Source: an uncultured archaeon
GTDB taxonomy: Archaea > Aenigmatarchaeota > Aenigmatarchaeia > QMZP01 > JACQNV01
Length of the DNA stretch: 64,000 nucleotides
Assembly (NCBI GenBank): GCA_964410585.1
Contig: CAYPFW010000002.1
Span: 128,001 to 192,000, forward strand
Direction: 5' to 3'
Positions 27,581 through 37,605 of the stretch are shown here, piece by piece (position 1 is the stretch's first letter; every line of letters begins with the position of its first letter). The position numbers were made by a program, and so were the translations under genes. The notes under the pieces are model-generated. The model worked only from the letters and a program-made list of their open reading frames with translations, was not told where the DNA came from and did no database searches.

Positions 27581-28697
27581 TATATTCCACAAATTTTCCG
27601 TTTTTCACAGTCATTATTGTAAGCGGTTTTTCGACATCTCCGTTTTCATCAAAGCTTGTTAGACCAGAAAGACCTTCATAGTTTTTGGTGTTGTATAAAG
27701 CCATTTTCACACATTCTACATCTTGTTCACATTTTTTCAAAGCTTCTGCAATTATGAAAACAGCATCATAGGCTATAACAGTTCTGAAGCCTATTGTTTT
27801 ATTGTATTTTTGTTTGAATTTGTTTTCAAAGTCTTTTACAGCAGGGCTTGTTTTGTCAAACTTTGGAGCTGAGTATAAAACACCTTCTGCAGCTGATCCA
27901 GCAGCTGTCAAAAAGTCAGGTGTCTGTAGCGCTGTTGGACCAACTATTTGGGTTTGTATTCCGATTTCCCTTGCTTGTTTAACTGCAAGGCCGTGGTTTA
28001 TCTGTCCTGATACAAAAATTACATCGGGATTTTGGTTTTTTATTTTAGTTAACTGTGCTCTGAAATCAGTGTCAGCTTTTTCATATGATTCTTCGTTTAG
28101 AATTTTTCCTCCAAGCTCAGAAAACCTTTTTGCAAACTCTTTTTTGTAGTCTATACCATTGTCTAAATTTATGTATAGGCTGGAAGTTGTTCTAGCGCCT
28201 AGTTTGTTGTATGCAAAATCAGCGATCAAGTAGCTATAGTCTTTCCCGCTTGGAGTATTTCTGAAAACATAGTCACCTGCATGTGTGATTTGTGGTGTTG
28301 AGGCAACTGTTGTTAGTATTATTACTTTTTTCTCGTTTGCTAAAGGAGCGACTGAAAGAACATTAGACGAGCATGTGGGTCCTATAATTATTTTCAAACC
28401 GTTAACTGATGTCAGTTTTTCAAAGGCATTTATCGCAAGTTTTTGGTCGCATTCATCATCTTCGTACAAAATTTCCAATTTTTTCCCGCTTACTCCACCC
28501 TTTGAATTTATTTCGTTGACAGCAAAATCAATACCTGCCTTAACTTCTTCTGCAACAGCAGCTGAGCCCTTTGTGAGTGGTTGTATTGCCCCCAGTATTA
28601 TTTTTTCCTCACTTTTCACACCATTGAAAGTCAGTGTATAGCCAAAAACCAAAAGAACCAATGCAAGAAGGGTTGATAAAATAATTTTCTTTTCCAT
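27573..28697 (-). CDS. LivK-like ABC substrate-binding protein 3
   Basis: GAIQPLT, EDDEC, GPTCSS, DFRAQL, FDENGD. Confidence 0.92.
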   Translation of the reverse strand: MEKKIILSTLLALVLLVFGYTLTFNGVKSEEKIILGAIQPLTKGSAAVAEEVKAGIDFAVNEINSKGGVSGKKLEILYEDDECDQKLAINAFEKLTSVNGLKIIIGPTCSSNVLSVAPLANEKKVIILTTVASTPQITHAGDYVFRNTPSGKDYSYLIADFAYNKLGARTTSSLYINLDNGIDYKKEFAKRFSELGGKILNEESYEKADTDFRAQLTKIKNQNPDVIFVSGQINHGLAVKQAREIGIQTQIVGPTALQTPDFLTAAGSAAEGVLYSAPKFDKTSPAVKDFENKFKQKYNKTIGFRTVIAYDAVFIIAEALKKCEQDVECVKMALYNTKNYEGLSGLTSFDENGDVEKPLTIMTVKNGKFVEYTN

Positions 28698-28729
28698 AGA
28701 TATGGATCATGAGTAGGAATTATAAATTA

Positions 28730-28754
28730 TTGTCATATTTAAAGCTTATGACAA
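28730..28754. promoter_or_regulatory. Putative operator, SBP3/TrmB3 unit
   Basis: TTGTCATA-N9-TATGACAA inverted repeat in the divergent spacer. Confidence 0.7.
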
Positions 28755-28764
28755 ATTATTAGTA

Positions 28765-29502
28765 ATGGAAAATATTCTGAAATCAGTCGGACTGACAGAG
28801 AATGAGTCAAAAGTTTACCTTCAGCTTCTTCGTCTGGGAAGTACGACAGCTGGCCCTCTGATAAAAAAATTGGGAATGCATAGGGCCGCTGTATACGATA
28901 CAATAGACTTGCTTGTCGAAAAAGGTCTTGTGGCATTTGTGATAAAAGCCAATAGGAAATATTTTGAGGCACATGATCCTGAAAGGCTTATAGAATATTT
29001 GGAAACAAAAAAACAGGGGATAGAACAGCAAGAAGAGCAACTAAAAAAAGAGATTCCTGCCTTACAAAATCTCAGAGTTTTGTCAAAAGAACAGCAAGAA
29101 GGATATGTATACAAAGGATTGAAGGGGATAAAATCTGTTTTAGATGATGTTCTCAAGGTTGGACAGCCTTGGTTGGCTTTTGGATCTAGAGGACAGTTTG
29201 AACAGGCCCTGCCAAGCTTCTACATACAGTTCCATAAAAGAAGGGAGAAAATGAAATTGCCGATGCGGATCATAAGAAGCGATGCTATAAGAAAAAGAGA
29301 AGAAAAACATAAATTCAAGTTTAGGGAAGTAAGGTATTTACCAGATAATCTCACAACACCATCAGTGACAATAATATATGGGGATAGGATTGCGGTTGTT
29401 GTTTTTTCAGAAGACCCAATGGCATTTGTTGTCAGGAGCAAAATAGTCGCAGATTCCTACAGAAACTATTTTGAGGTTTTGTGGAAAGCTGCTAAAACCT
29501 AA
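28765..29502 (+). CDS. TrmB-family regulator 3
   Basis: GLTENESKVYL.LL.LG, HRAAVYD, KGLV, YFE.LW. Confidence 0.9.
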   Translation: MENILKSVGLTENESKVYLQLLRLGSTTAGPLIKKLGMHRAAVYDTIDLLVEKGLVAFVIKANRKYFEAHDPERLIEYLETKKQGIEQQEEQLKKEIPALQNLRVLSKEQQEGYVYKGLKGIKSVLDDVLKVGQPWLAFGSRGQFEQALPSFYIQFHKRREKMKLPMRIIRSDAIRKREEKHKFKFREVRYLPDNLTTPSVTIIYGDRIAVVVFSEDPMAFVVRSKIVADSYRNYFEVLWKAAKT

Positions 29503-30605
29503 TCTAAATAAACAAACTTTCCATCTTTTACTGTTTTTAGATATATTTTTTTATCTACTATTCCATTTTTGATTTTGAATTTTCCGCTCGCACCACCTAT
29601 TTCAATTGTTTTTGAAACAGACTTCATACAATCTAATTCCTGTATTTTACACTTCTCAAAGGCTTTAACCATTAATGAGAATGCATCATAGCTATTTGCA
29701 GCATATATTTCTGGATCTTCTCCATATTTTTCTTTGTACTTTTTTGAAAACTCAGTTTGCTCGAGTTTTAGAGGATATGTGTAAACATACCCTTCTGCAT
29801 TTTCACTTGCAACTTTTAGGAAGGGTGCAGATTCTGATATTGTTGCTCCAAAAAGTTTTGTTTCTAATCTTAATTCTTTTGCTTGGTTTACTATTCTTCC
29901 CAAACCTTCTCCAGAATTTGCAATAAATAGTGCCTCTGTATCTGCGTTTTTGATTTTAGTGAGTTGGGTTCTGAAATCTGTATCTAAAAGATTGAATTTT
30001 TCAACCAAAATAATTTTCCCGCCAAGCGATTTGAATTCTTCCTGAAGCCAATGTGAATATGAGAAACCTAAATCATTCTGTACATGAGCTATTGAGAGTT
30101 TTTTTAGTCCTTGGGAAAATATGTATTCTGCAAGCCTTTTCATCTCTTCCCTCAAAGGCGGTTGTGTTGTAAATACGTGGTCATATTTTGCTTCGACAAC
30201 TGGATCAGAAAAAGCAGCTGGAGAAAAAACAATTGCTTTGTCTTTTGCTATTGGCGCAACAGAAGGTGTTACAGCTGAACAAAAAGAAACTATTGTTTTC
30301 ACATTGTCTAAATCGAGGAGTTTATGTGTGTTTGTCACAGCTGCATTTGGTTGGCATTTGTCATCTTCATATATAGTCTCTATTAACTTTCCATCTATCC
30401 CACCGTTTGAATTAATTTCTTCCTTTGATAACTCTATACCCCTTTGAACCCAGGATCCGTGAACCGCAATTGGACCAGTTAAAGGAAGCGTGACGCCTAT
30501 TTTTATTGTTTCTTGTTTGACCAAATTTCCTGTCAGGTTTGAAGCAGCAAAAGCTGCAAATACAATCGCAATAAATATGAATATTATCGAATATTTTTTT
30601 ACCAT
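29499..30605 (-). CDS. LivK-like ABC substrate-binding protein 4
   Basis: IKIGVTLPLTG, EDDKCQP, DFRTQL, NSYDA. Confidence 0.92.
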   Translation of the reverse strand: MVKKYSIIFIFIAIVFAAFAASNLTGNLVKQETIKIGVTLPLTGPIAVHGSWVQRGIELSKEEINSNGGIDGKLIETIYEDDKCQPNAAVTNTHKLLDLDNVKTIVSFCSAVTPSVAPIAKDKAIVFSPAAFSDPVVEAKYDHVFTTQPPLREEMKRLAEYIFSQGLKKLSIAHVQNDLGFSYSHWLQEEFKSLGGKIILVEKFNLLDTDFRTQLTKIKNADTEALFIANSGEGLGRIVNQAKELRLETKLFGATISESAPFLKVASENAEGYVYTYPLKLEQTEFSKKYKEKYGEDPEIYAANSYDAFSLMVKAFEKCKIQELDCMKSVSKTIEIGGASGKFKIKNGIVDKKIYLKTVKDGKFVYLD

Positions 30606-30640
30606 ATGGTAGTTTACTCGGAAAAAGTAATATTAAGTTT

Positions 30641-30665
30641 TGTTGTAAGTTAAATGACTACAATA
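30641..30665. promoter_or_regulatory. Putative operator, SBP4/TrmB4 unit
   Basis: TGTTGTA-N11-TACAATA imperfect inverted repeat next to a TATA-like site. Confidence 0.5.
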
Positions 30666-30769
30666 GAAAAGTTTATCAATACACAAGGCAAATATCAAAG
30701 AGATAGAAACATTTTAGAAGTTTCAATGGGCAAGTTCGCAGATCTTTCTAAAATGTCTATCGACCTGCT

Positions 30770-31492
30770 ATGGATACAGAAGTTTTGAGGGAAGTTGGAT
30801 TGAATGAAAACGAAATAAAGGTATACATAGCACTCCTGAGGTTGGGGTCGTCTAAAGTGAATGATGTTTATGATAAGACAAAAATACCAAGAACATTCAT
30901 CTATGAAGTTTTGAGAAGCCTTATACAGAAGGGCCTTGTTTCATATTCTATAAAATCTGGAATAAGATACTATGAGGCTGCTAAGCCTTTTAGGCTAAAA
31001 GAAATTCTCAAGGAAAAGGAATCAAAACTGGACTTGGTTTTACCTGAATTAGAAAATATAAAAAAGCTGGTGAAGAAAAAGCCAACAGTTGAATTGTATG
31101 AAGGAATAGAAGGGATAAAAACAATACTTGAGGATATTTTGAAATTAGGAAGAGGGGAGATCTTGTACGCTTATTCAAAAGAAGACATATTCAGTCTCCT
31201 AACATTTTATTTTCCTAATTTTATAAAAAGGCGCGCGAAAAAAGGGATATTTGCTAAAATAATTGAGGAAGAGACTCCTAAAATAAAAGAGTATCAGAAG
31301 CGCGACAAGCAAGAATACAGAGAGATGAGGGTCACAAAAACAAAATTTAGTTCTACTACATTTATTTATGGAGATAAAATTGCTTTGATTACAACAGGTA
31401 AAGATGAGCCAATTGGTGTTTTAATAGAAAACAAGGAAATTGCAGAGACACAGAAAAAAGTTTTTGAGATTATGTGGAATACTTTGGGTTAG
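30770..31492 (+). CDS. TrmB-family regulator 4
   Basis: VGLNENEIKVYIALL.LG, PRTFIYE, KGLVS, YEG.EG, FE.MW. Confidence 0.9.
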   Translation: MDTEVLREVGLNENEIKVYIALLRLGSSKVNDVYDKTKIPRTFIYEVLRSLIQKGLVSYSIKSGIRYYEAAKPFRLKEILKEKESKLDLVLPELENIKKLVKKKPTVELYEGIEGIKTILEDILKLGRGEILYAYSKEDIFSLLTFYFPNFIKRRAKKGIFAKIIEEETPKIKEYQKRDKQEYREMRVTKTKFSSTTFIYGDKIALITTGKDEPIGVLIENKEIAETQKKVFEIMWNTLG

Positions 31493-32190
31493 CCACCCAA
31501 ATATAGCCTCTGCACGTTTTTGTCTTTGAGAAGGTCTTTCCCTTTTCCTGTGAGTTTTATTTTTCCTGTTTCAAAGACGTAGGCTCGATCAGATATTTCC
31601 AAGGCCATGTGAGCGTTTTGTTCAACTAAAAGGATTGTTGTGCCCTTTTTGTTTATTTCCTTTATTTTGTCGAAAACAAGTTTTACTGTTTTTGGATCTA
31701 AACCAAGGGAAGGCTCGTCTAAAAGAAGTAGTTTTGGTTCCAACATCAAAGCGCGGCCTATGGCAAGTTGTTGCTGCTGTCCACCGGAAAGGGTTGAGGC
31801 AAGTTGTTTTCTTTTTTGTTTGAGCACAGGAAAAATTGAATAAACATTTTCTAAATTTTTCTCGTATTTTTTATCGATGAAAGCCCCAAGCAAAAGATTG
31901 TTTTCAACATTCATGTTCCTGAAAATCTGTCTGCCTTGATGGACAAATGAAAGGCCTAATGAGGCGAGGTCATGTGGTTTTTTGCTTATTATTTCTTGCC
32001 CATCAAAATTTATTTTTCCGCTTTGGGTATCAAGAAACCTAAAAACAGTTTTCAAGGCTGTAGATTTCCCTGCACCATTTGGTCCTATCAAGGAAACAAT
32101 CTCACCTTTATTTACATAGAAAGAAACATCATCTAAGACTTTGCCTTTCCCATATCCAGAAGAAATTTTTTCAACAGAAAGAAGTGGCAT
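31489..32190 (-). CDS. livF: Branched-chain amino acid ABC transporter ATPase LivF
   Basis: GPNGAGKST, LSGGQQQ, LLLDEPSLGL, LVEQN. Confidence 0.93.
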   Translation of the reverse strand: MPLLSVEKISSGYGKGKVLDDVSFYVNKGEIVSLIGPNGAGKSTALKTVFRFLDTQSGKINFDGQEIISKKPHDLASLGLSFVHQGRQIFRNMNVENNLLLGAFIDKKYEKNLENVYSIFPVLKQKRKQLASTLSGGQQQQLAIGRALMLEPKLLLLDEPSLGLDPKTVKLVFDKIKEINKKGTTILLVEQNAHMALEISDRAYVFETGKIKLTGKGKDLLKDKNVQRLYLGG

Positions 32191-32232
32191 ATACTGTATA
32201 TTGCATAAATAGAATATAAAATTTCCAAGTTC

Positions 32233-33417
32233 TTATGCAACTGCTGCTGGCGAAAAATGAGAATCAGGCATTGATGCTATCATTTCAGCATAGCGCTTAA
32301 GATATGCTGGCTCTTTTGGAGAAAGACTGTTTCTAAATGATGTGGCTAAAGTTCTATCTTTAACTTTTTTAACAATATCGTGTACATTAGACTCGTTCAA
32401 ATCACCATAAGCTTGTTTCCTTCTGTGGACTATTTCATCCAGTCCTACCAACACCCTTCCACCAGGCTCACTTATGAGAGAACCTATTTGGTAAAGCCCA
32501 GTTGGACGCGGTTTTAGCCATTCATTTTCTGCTCTTTTCCAAACAGAATCTTTTTCGCCAAAAACAAGTGCTTCATGATCTACTGGAGAAGCTGCAATAA
32601 AATTTTCTCCAATTCTCCTGTTCAAACCATGGTCTTTTGAAAATCTAGGATTTCCTTGATCAAAAAACACCAAGTCATCAAAAGAAATGCCAAAAACATC
32701 AGTAACAGTAAATCCTGCTCCTTCCAAAAGAAGTGCAGATGGTAAAACATCCCAACATTTAGTTGCATGTCTCCAATCACCATAAGCACGTATGTTGCCC
32801 TCTAGTAAAGCTACAAGTCTTGTTCCAGTTGCGTCTACGCTTCTTGGTTGATTGCCCAAAACACTACGAAAAACATCTCCTAGTATTTGTTGTCTGTTGA
32901 TTGCATTTCTATCTGTTGTATATGCTGTAGGAAGAGGAGCTTCGTATAAATCTGTTTGTTTTGGTGTAGGAATATCCTTCTTTTCTCCAGCTATAATTTT
33001 GAAAGGCCTTTTTCCTCTTTCACCAACATAAGTAACACCATCTCTCAAATTGCAGACAGCTGCTGCTTTCAGATCCCTAACTCTTAACTGTGATCTGTAT
33101 GGAGCAATTGCTATATTTATTCCATGGTCTAAGCCATTGACAGCGTTTTGAGTGCCTTCAATTGGATCGATTAAAAGTAAATATTCAGGTTTTGTAGCTC
33201 CTGTTGCTCCCTCTTCGCCATTGACAAGAGCCCTAATACCATTTCTTGAAAGATATTCAACCACAGATCTATGAACTATTCTATCTTTTGGCGTGACTAT
33301 ATCGCCTGTTTCAGACCTTTCTAAAACTTGGCTACCTATTCCTCGTAGCTGATCTTGAGCATAAGAAACTGCGCCTATCAGAATATCTACAGGTCTTGGA
33401 GAGTACCTTCTTACCAT
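32233..33417 (-). CDS. Inositol monophosphatase/FBPase family protein with C-terminal extension
   Basis: DIVT..D, GEE, IDPIEGT.N, WD motifs. Confidence 0.8.
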   Translation of the reverse strand: MVRRYSPRPVDILIGAVSYAQDQLRGIGSQVLERSETGDIVTPKDRIVHRSVVEYLSRNGIRALVNGEEGATGATKPEYLLLIDPIEGTQNAVNGLDHGINIAIAPYRSQLRVRDLKAAAVCNLRDGVTYVGERGKRPFKIIAGEKKDIPTPKQTDLYEAPLPTAYTTDRNAINRQQILGDVFRSVLGNQPRSVDATGTRLVALLEGNIRAYGDWRHATKCWDVLPSALLLEGAGFTVTDVFGISFDDLVFFDQGNPRFSKDHGLNRRIGENFIAASPVDHEALVFGEKDSVWKRAENEWLKPRPTGLYQIGSLISEPGGRVLVGLDEIVHRRKQAYGDLNESNVHDIVKKVKDRTLATSFRNSLSPKEPAYLKRYAEMIASMPDSHFSPAAVA

Positions 33418-33484
33418 AGTTATAGATAATTTTTCCCTTTATAAAGTTTACTACCTGTAAGTACTATATAAATAAAATTCTAAT

Positions 33485-34087
33485 CTATGAACCCACTTGA
33501 CTATTTAGTTTCTTTTTCTTGTGCCTCTTATACAAAAGATAGCCAGCAATTGCCGCAACAGCAACTATTAGACTAATTGGTCCTAAAAACAAATCTAAAG
33601 TTGACATTATTGTTTGACCGTAGAAGGCCAAAACCCCTCCTATCAAGAAAAACCTTGCTCCCCTTGCTGGTATTGAAACAAGCGCCATGCGAACCCAACT
33701 ATACTTGAATACGCCAGAAGCTATTGTAAAAACTTTGTATGGAACAGGAGTGAAGGCTGCAATCGCAACCGCCCAGTCTCCATATCTTGTGAAATAGTCT
33801 TCAACTTTTTTGGCTCTATGCTCTTTTGTAAATTTTAGCAAGAGAGGCCTGCCTCCTTTTATACCAATAAAATAACCAAACAGAGCGCCAGCAACAGACC
33901 CTATTGTGCATATTGTTGATAAAAATATCCAATCGTTGGGGCTAATTAAAACTAGTCCAATTAAAATTAAATCAGGCGGTATTGGGAAGAATGACGATTC
34001 TATAAAAGCTATGACAAACAAACCGAAGGGACCTAGTGGTGTGAGCACAGAATTTGTCCATTCCAAAAGCTGTTGTGTGATTGACAT
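33485..34087 (-). CDS. YqaA/DedA (VTT) family membrane protein
   Basis: FIESSFFPIPPD, FTPVPYKVF. Confidence 0.92.
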   Translation of the reverse strand: MSITQQLLEWTNSVLTPLGPFGLFVIAFIESSFFPIPPDLILIGLVLISPNDWIFLSTICTIGSVAGALFGYFIGIKGGRPLLLKFTKEHRAKKVEDYFTRYGDWAVAIAAFTPVPYKVFTIASGVFKYSWVRMALVSIPARGARFFLIGGVLAFYGQTIMSTLDLFLGPISLIVAVAAIAGYLLYKRHKKKKLNSQVGS

Positions 34088-34128
34088 AGACTGTATACAA
34101 AAGACAAATTTATATAGTTAGTCCACTT

Positions 34129-34428
34129 TTACCCACCAAACAGCATGCCAAATCCAGAATCAGCTTGGTCTTCTTGTTCCTCGATTTTCTTTAGAACATC
34201 GTCTTTTTCTTTTCCGTGAACTTCTTCTACCAACCCTTTTAGAATTTCCTTTGCGTGTTTGATTGATTCTTCTGAGCCGTTGATCTTCAAAAAATAGCCA
34301 TCTTTTTTCAAACCAAGTGAAGCAGGCTCCCTGTAGGTTAGAGACTGCCTTGATGTTATGTCATCTTTTTCTACAAGATCTTTTACCTTTGGGTAATCTG
34401 AAGATTTGAGCCAAAACAAACTGATCAT
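34129..34428 (-). CDS. Hypothetical protein
   Basis: 99 aa ORF coupled to the cca stop; ends GFGMLFGG. Confidence 0.75.
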   Translation of the reverse strand: MISLFWLKSSDYPKVKDLVEKDDITSRQSLTYREPASLGLKKDGYFLKINGSEESIKHAKEILKGLVEEVHGKEKDDVLKKIEEQEDQADSGFGMLFGG

Positions 34429-35804
34429 ACACTGATTCTGTCATTTAGATATTTAAATACAAATTCCTCTAGTCCTGGCTTTATCACCTTTTGGTCTTCG
34501 AGGATTTTGAATGCCTTGGAGACCTCTTCCGCGACATAGGACGGAATGCCTTTTTCTTTTAAGACATCTAGCTTCACGCTCAAACTGTCGACAAGCTTGT
34601 CATGTGCTGTTAAGTTTTTTCTATTGATTTCAGCAATCCATTTGTCTTCTTCTATAAGCATCCTGCCTAAGGGCTTGTATTTCTTAATAAACTCCTCTGC
34701 ATGTGTTGGCACAAAAATTGGTGGGCCGACAACTTTCCTTAGTTTTGGAAGTTTCCAAACTTCTAGTTCCAAAAGAATATGGCAAAATTTTTCATCTGCA
34801 ACAACATCATAGCCTATTGGTAAAAACTCATTTTCTTTCAAAATTCCTTGGACTCGGTTTGCTGCTTTTCGAAGCTGGGAATAGATGATATCGTCAACTA
34901 CTGATGATCGCGAAAATTCCAAAAGGAGGAATTTTGTGCCTCTTGATTTCAATTGTTTGACTAAATTTTTCTTGTTTATTTTTGGCTTTGTAGAAAAGAA
35001 AATGTTTTCAGATGGTTTTTGGACAAAATGTTCACAAGCTTTCACAAATTTCACAAAGTTTGATGGGGAAACAGAAGCTGCAACATTTCTTTTTGGGTCA
35101 ACTGGGTCTATAACAACAAGAGGTTGGTGCGAAAATTCTTTTCTGTTACCTTTGTAGATGTTTTCCAAATCAATGAAAGTCTTCCCAGGAAACCACCACT
35201 CAGGGGCTCTTTTGACCAAATTTGAAAAAGATTTGTAGTTAATGATTATTAGTTCGCATAAATAACCGGAAAATCCCTGAGTCTTTAGGTCTGAGCCGTA
35301 GACACCAATTGATTTGCAAAACTGTTTGAGTAGTCGGACTTCAGGTGCAAGGTTTCCTAAATGAGAATCTAAATATTTATTGTGGAAAGGTGTTCGATCT
35401 ACTGCAGATTTTATTTTTTCAGCTGAAGCAACTTTGTATGCTGGAACTATATCAACATCAAAACCTTCTATTTTTGCTTTCGTGTATGGGTGTTCTGCGT
35501 ATGCTACTTGGTGCACACCTTTTAGCTTTGAGACTATTTTTTTCCCAATTTCCAATCCATCTTTTTCCAGGTCTTCCCTTGATGTTTGCTCTGGGAAAAG
35601 TATGAACAAATCAAACTCCTTCTTGTGGGAGAGCCATGTGTTTCTAGAAAAAGATCCAGCCAAAACAAGATCATATCCTAGTGGTTTGATGATAGAATTT
35701 GCAGCTTCTTTCACCTTCTCAACAACAGAATTTAGTTGTTTCTTTTCCTGTTCAGAAGGCGTGATCCTAACAAGAACAGACTTTAGGACAGAGTCAATTG
35801 GCAT
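34425..35804 (-). CDS. cca: CCA-adding tRNA nucleotidyltransferase (archaeal class I)
   Basis: GSFSRNTWL..EFDLF, YAEHPY, SAVDRTPFH, GFSGYL.E, DPVD..RNVA. Confidence 0.95.
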   Translation of the reverse strand: MPIDSVLKSVLVRITPSEQEKKQLNSVVEKVKEAANSIIKPLGYDLVLAGSFSRNTWLSHKKEFDLFILFPEQTSREDLEKDGLEIGKKIVSKLKGVHQVAYAEHPYTKAKIEGFDVDIVPAYKVASAEKIKSAVDRTPFHNKYLDSHLGNLAPEVRLLKQFCKSIGVYGSDLKTQGFSGYLCELIIINYKSFSNLVKRAPEWWFPGKTFIDLENIYKGNRKEFSHQPLVVIDPVDPKRNVAASVSPSNFVKFVKACEHFVQKPSENIFFSTKPKINKKNLVKQLKSRGTKFLLLEFSRSSVVDDIIYSQLRKAANRVQGILKENEFLPIGYDVVADEKFCHILLELEVWKLPKLRKVVGPPIFVPTHAEEFIKKYKPLGRMLIEEDKWIAEINRKNLTAHDKLVDSLSVKLDVLKEKGIPSYVAEEVSKAFKILEDQKVIKPGLEEFVFKYLNDRISV

Positions 35805-35866
35805 ATTGTATAATAATTGGACGAGGGTGTATTTAATCAATTTAAAGCTTGCAGAGAAGAAGTTGA

Positions 35867-36700
35867 ATGGTATTGAAAGTAGTTGTTTTAGATTTTGATG
35901 GAACACTTACAAATGTAGACGAGGAAGCAGTTCCATTTGTTGATGGATATAAGAACGATGTTGCAAAGGACTTGGGTTTGAGTAGAGAAGCACTTGAAGA
36001 AAAGTGGGCCAGTGCAGCATCAAAAATAGATGCTGATCCAAGCAATCATGGTTGGAAAAGCGAGGGTAGAATCGTAGCTCCTGCTTATGCTGATCCACTA
36101 GTTCATTCTAGAGCTGTTGCCGGATTACTTCTAGATGAAACACATGTATATGATGAGCGTGTAAGGGAAGATGTGTTAAACAGATATTTTCAGTCAAACT
36201 ATGGGAGGTTGGGAGTTTCGTTTAAAGATGGGGCAGATGAATTTCTTTCCCGAATTAAAGATGCTTTCGGTGTTCATATTGTAACAAATTCTGGTACAGA
36301 TGGTGTTAGAAGAAAAGTTAGCCAATTGCCAAGCGACCACACTGAAATTCCAATTCACGGTGATGCTAAAAAGTATATACTCAATCCGGACTGGGAACAG
36401 ATACCAGATAGCATCCAAAGACAAGGATACGGAAGACCTTTATTTTTAAGAAGACAAATGTATTGGCAAGTTTTATCTGGAATTATGAAAGAGAGAGGAG
36501 TTTTAGCGGACGAAGTTGCTGTTGTTGGCGATATTTATGAACTTGATTTATTGTTGCCTGAACATAAGTGGATGCATATTGTTTTAACCCCACGAGGAAG
36601 CACGCCAAGTTTTGAAGTAGAAGCAGTAAGGTCTTCGCCACTCGGATATGTTGCTAGGAATTTAGATGAAGTGGCAGACTATTTGATGAGATTGAGATAA
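35867..36700 (+). CDS. HAD-superfamily hydrolase
   Basis: LDFDGTLT, IVTNS, VGDIYELD. Confidence 0.85.
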   Translation: MVLKVVVLDFDGTLTNVDEEAVPFVDGYKNDVAKDLGLSREALEEKWASAASKIDADPSNHGWKSEGRIVAPAYADPLVHSRAVAGLLLDETHVYDERVREDVLNRYFQSNYGRLGVSFKDGADEFLSRIKDAFGVHIVTNSGTDGVRRKVSQLPSDHTEIPIHGDAKKYILNPDWEQIPDSIQRQGYGRPLFLRRQMYWQVLSGIMKERGVLADEVAVVGDIYELDLLLPEHKWMHIVLTPRGSTPSFEVEAVRSSPLGYVARNLDEVADYLMRLR

Positions 36701-36729
36701 TACCTGAAATCTAATATAGTTGTATATTC

Positions 36730-37068
36730 TTAGGATCCCTTCAATAGCTTGCAAAGCCTATCAATAACTTCCAATAACTTATTTTGTTTGAGCTCGCCAA
36801 TTTTATACAAAATCAAGGATTTATCAGCTGTAAAAAGCTTGCTTGGTTTGATATAACTTGGAATATTTAGGGATCCTTCTTTGAAATCAGTGTTGTCTAA
36901 GTTTATCGAATACTTGTTTGGTCCAACATCTCTGCTAGTTATTTGGCATAAAATCATGTCTTGACCCTCTAGGGCTGAAAGTATAAGAGCCGGTCTCTTT
37001 TTTGTTGACGATAAATCAGAAAATGGGAAGGGTATAACAACTACATCTCCCTTTACAAATGTTTCCAT
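36730..37068 (-). CDS. MazF/PemK family toxin
   Basis: KGDVVVIPFPFSD...KKRPALI, CQITS. Confidence 0.92.
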   Translation of the reverse strand: METFVKGDVVVIPFPFSDLSSTKKRPALILSALEGQDMILCQITSRDVGPNKYSINLDNTDFKEGSLNIPSYIKPSKLFTADKSLILYKIGELKQNKLLEVIDRLCKLLKGS

Positions 37069-37073
37069 GTTAT

Positions 37074-37143
37074 CACTTTTTCTTTCTATACTCTCTTTGC
37101 AAAGAAAACCTGAACTAAAAGAAACACACAATTGGTTTCAGAA
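37074..37143 (+). repeat. Dispersed repeat family R2, copy 1
   Basis: 37101-37143 matches 42064-42106 at 40/43 nt. Confidence 0.8.
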
Positions 37144-37410
37144 TTACAGATTCTTCCATGCTTCGTCCTCTTCTTTTTTGTTCCAATCTTTTGCTAAAGA
37201 CTTTTCACTTAGCAAGGCTGTTATAACACCTTCTTTTGAAAGGTCAAGTTTTTTAATTGTGCCTAGTGATCTTAATTCAATATGATCATCATAAGCTAGC
37301 ACAGCTATTTTTGATCCTTCCTCGAACCCTTCTATTTCTCTTATATCTTTTGGTATAGCTATCTGGCCCTTCTCAGTTATCTTTGCTGTTTTAATTTCCA
37401 ATAGTGGCAT
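37144..37410 (-). CDS. AbrB/MazE family antitoxin
   Basis: KITEKGQIAIPKDIR; SEKSLAKDW..KEEDEAW tail; operator-like CTTACAA-N7-TTGTAAG at 37419-37439. Confidence 0.9.
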   Translation of the reverse strand: MPLLEIKTAKITEKGQIAIPKDIREIEGFEEGSKIAVLAYDDHIELRSLGTIKKLDLSKEGVITALLSEKSLAKDWNKKEEDEAWKNL

Positions 37411-37605
37411 ATAATCACCTTACAAGTAAGAATTGTAAGAACGGATATATAAACTAATATAACACCGTTATATAGTTCTGTCGAAGTCCCTACTCCCCAA
37501 TGATCAGTCTCATTTATATTCCCTAAATCCTAAAATAAACAGTAGCAAGGGATATCTTTATATATACTTGTTACTTATAAGTAAATAACAGTATCATGTT
37601 TACCA

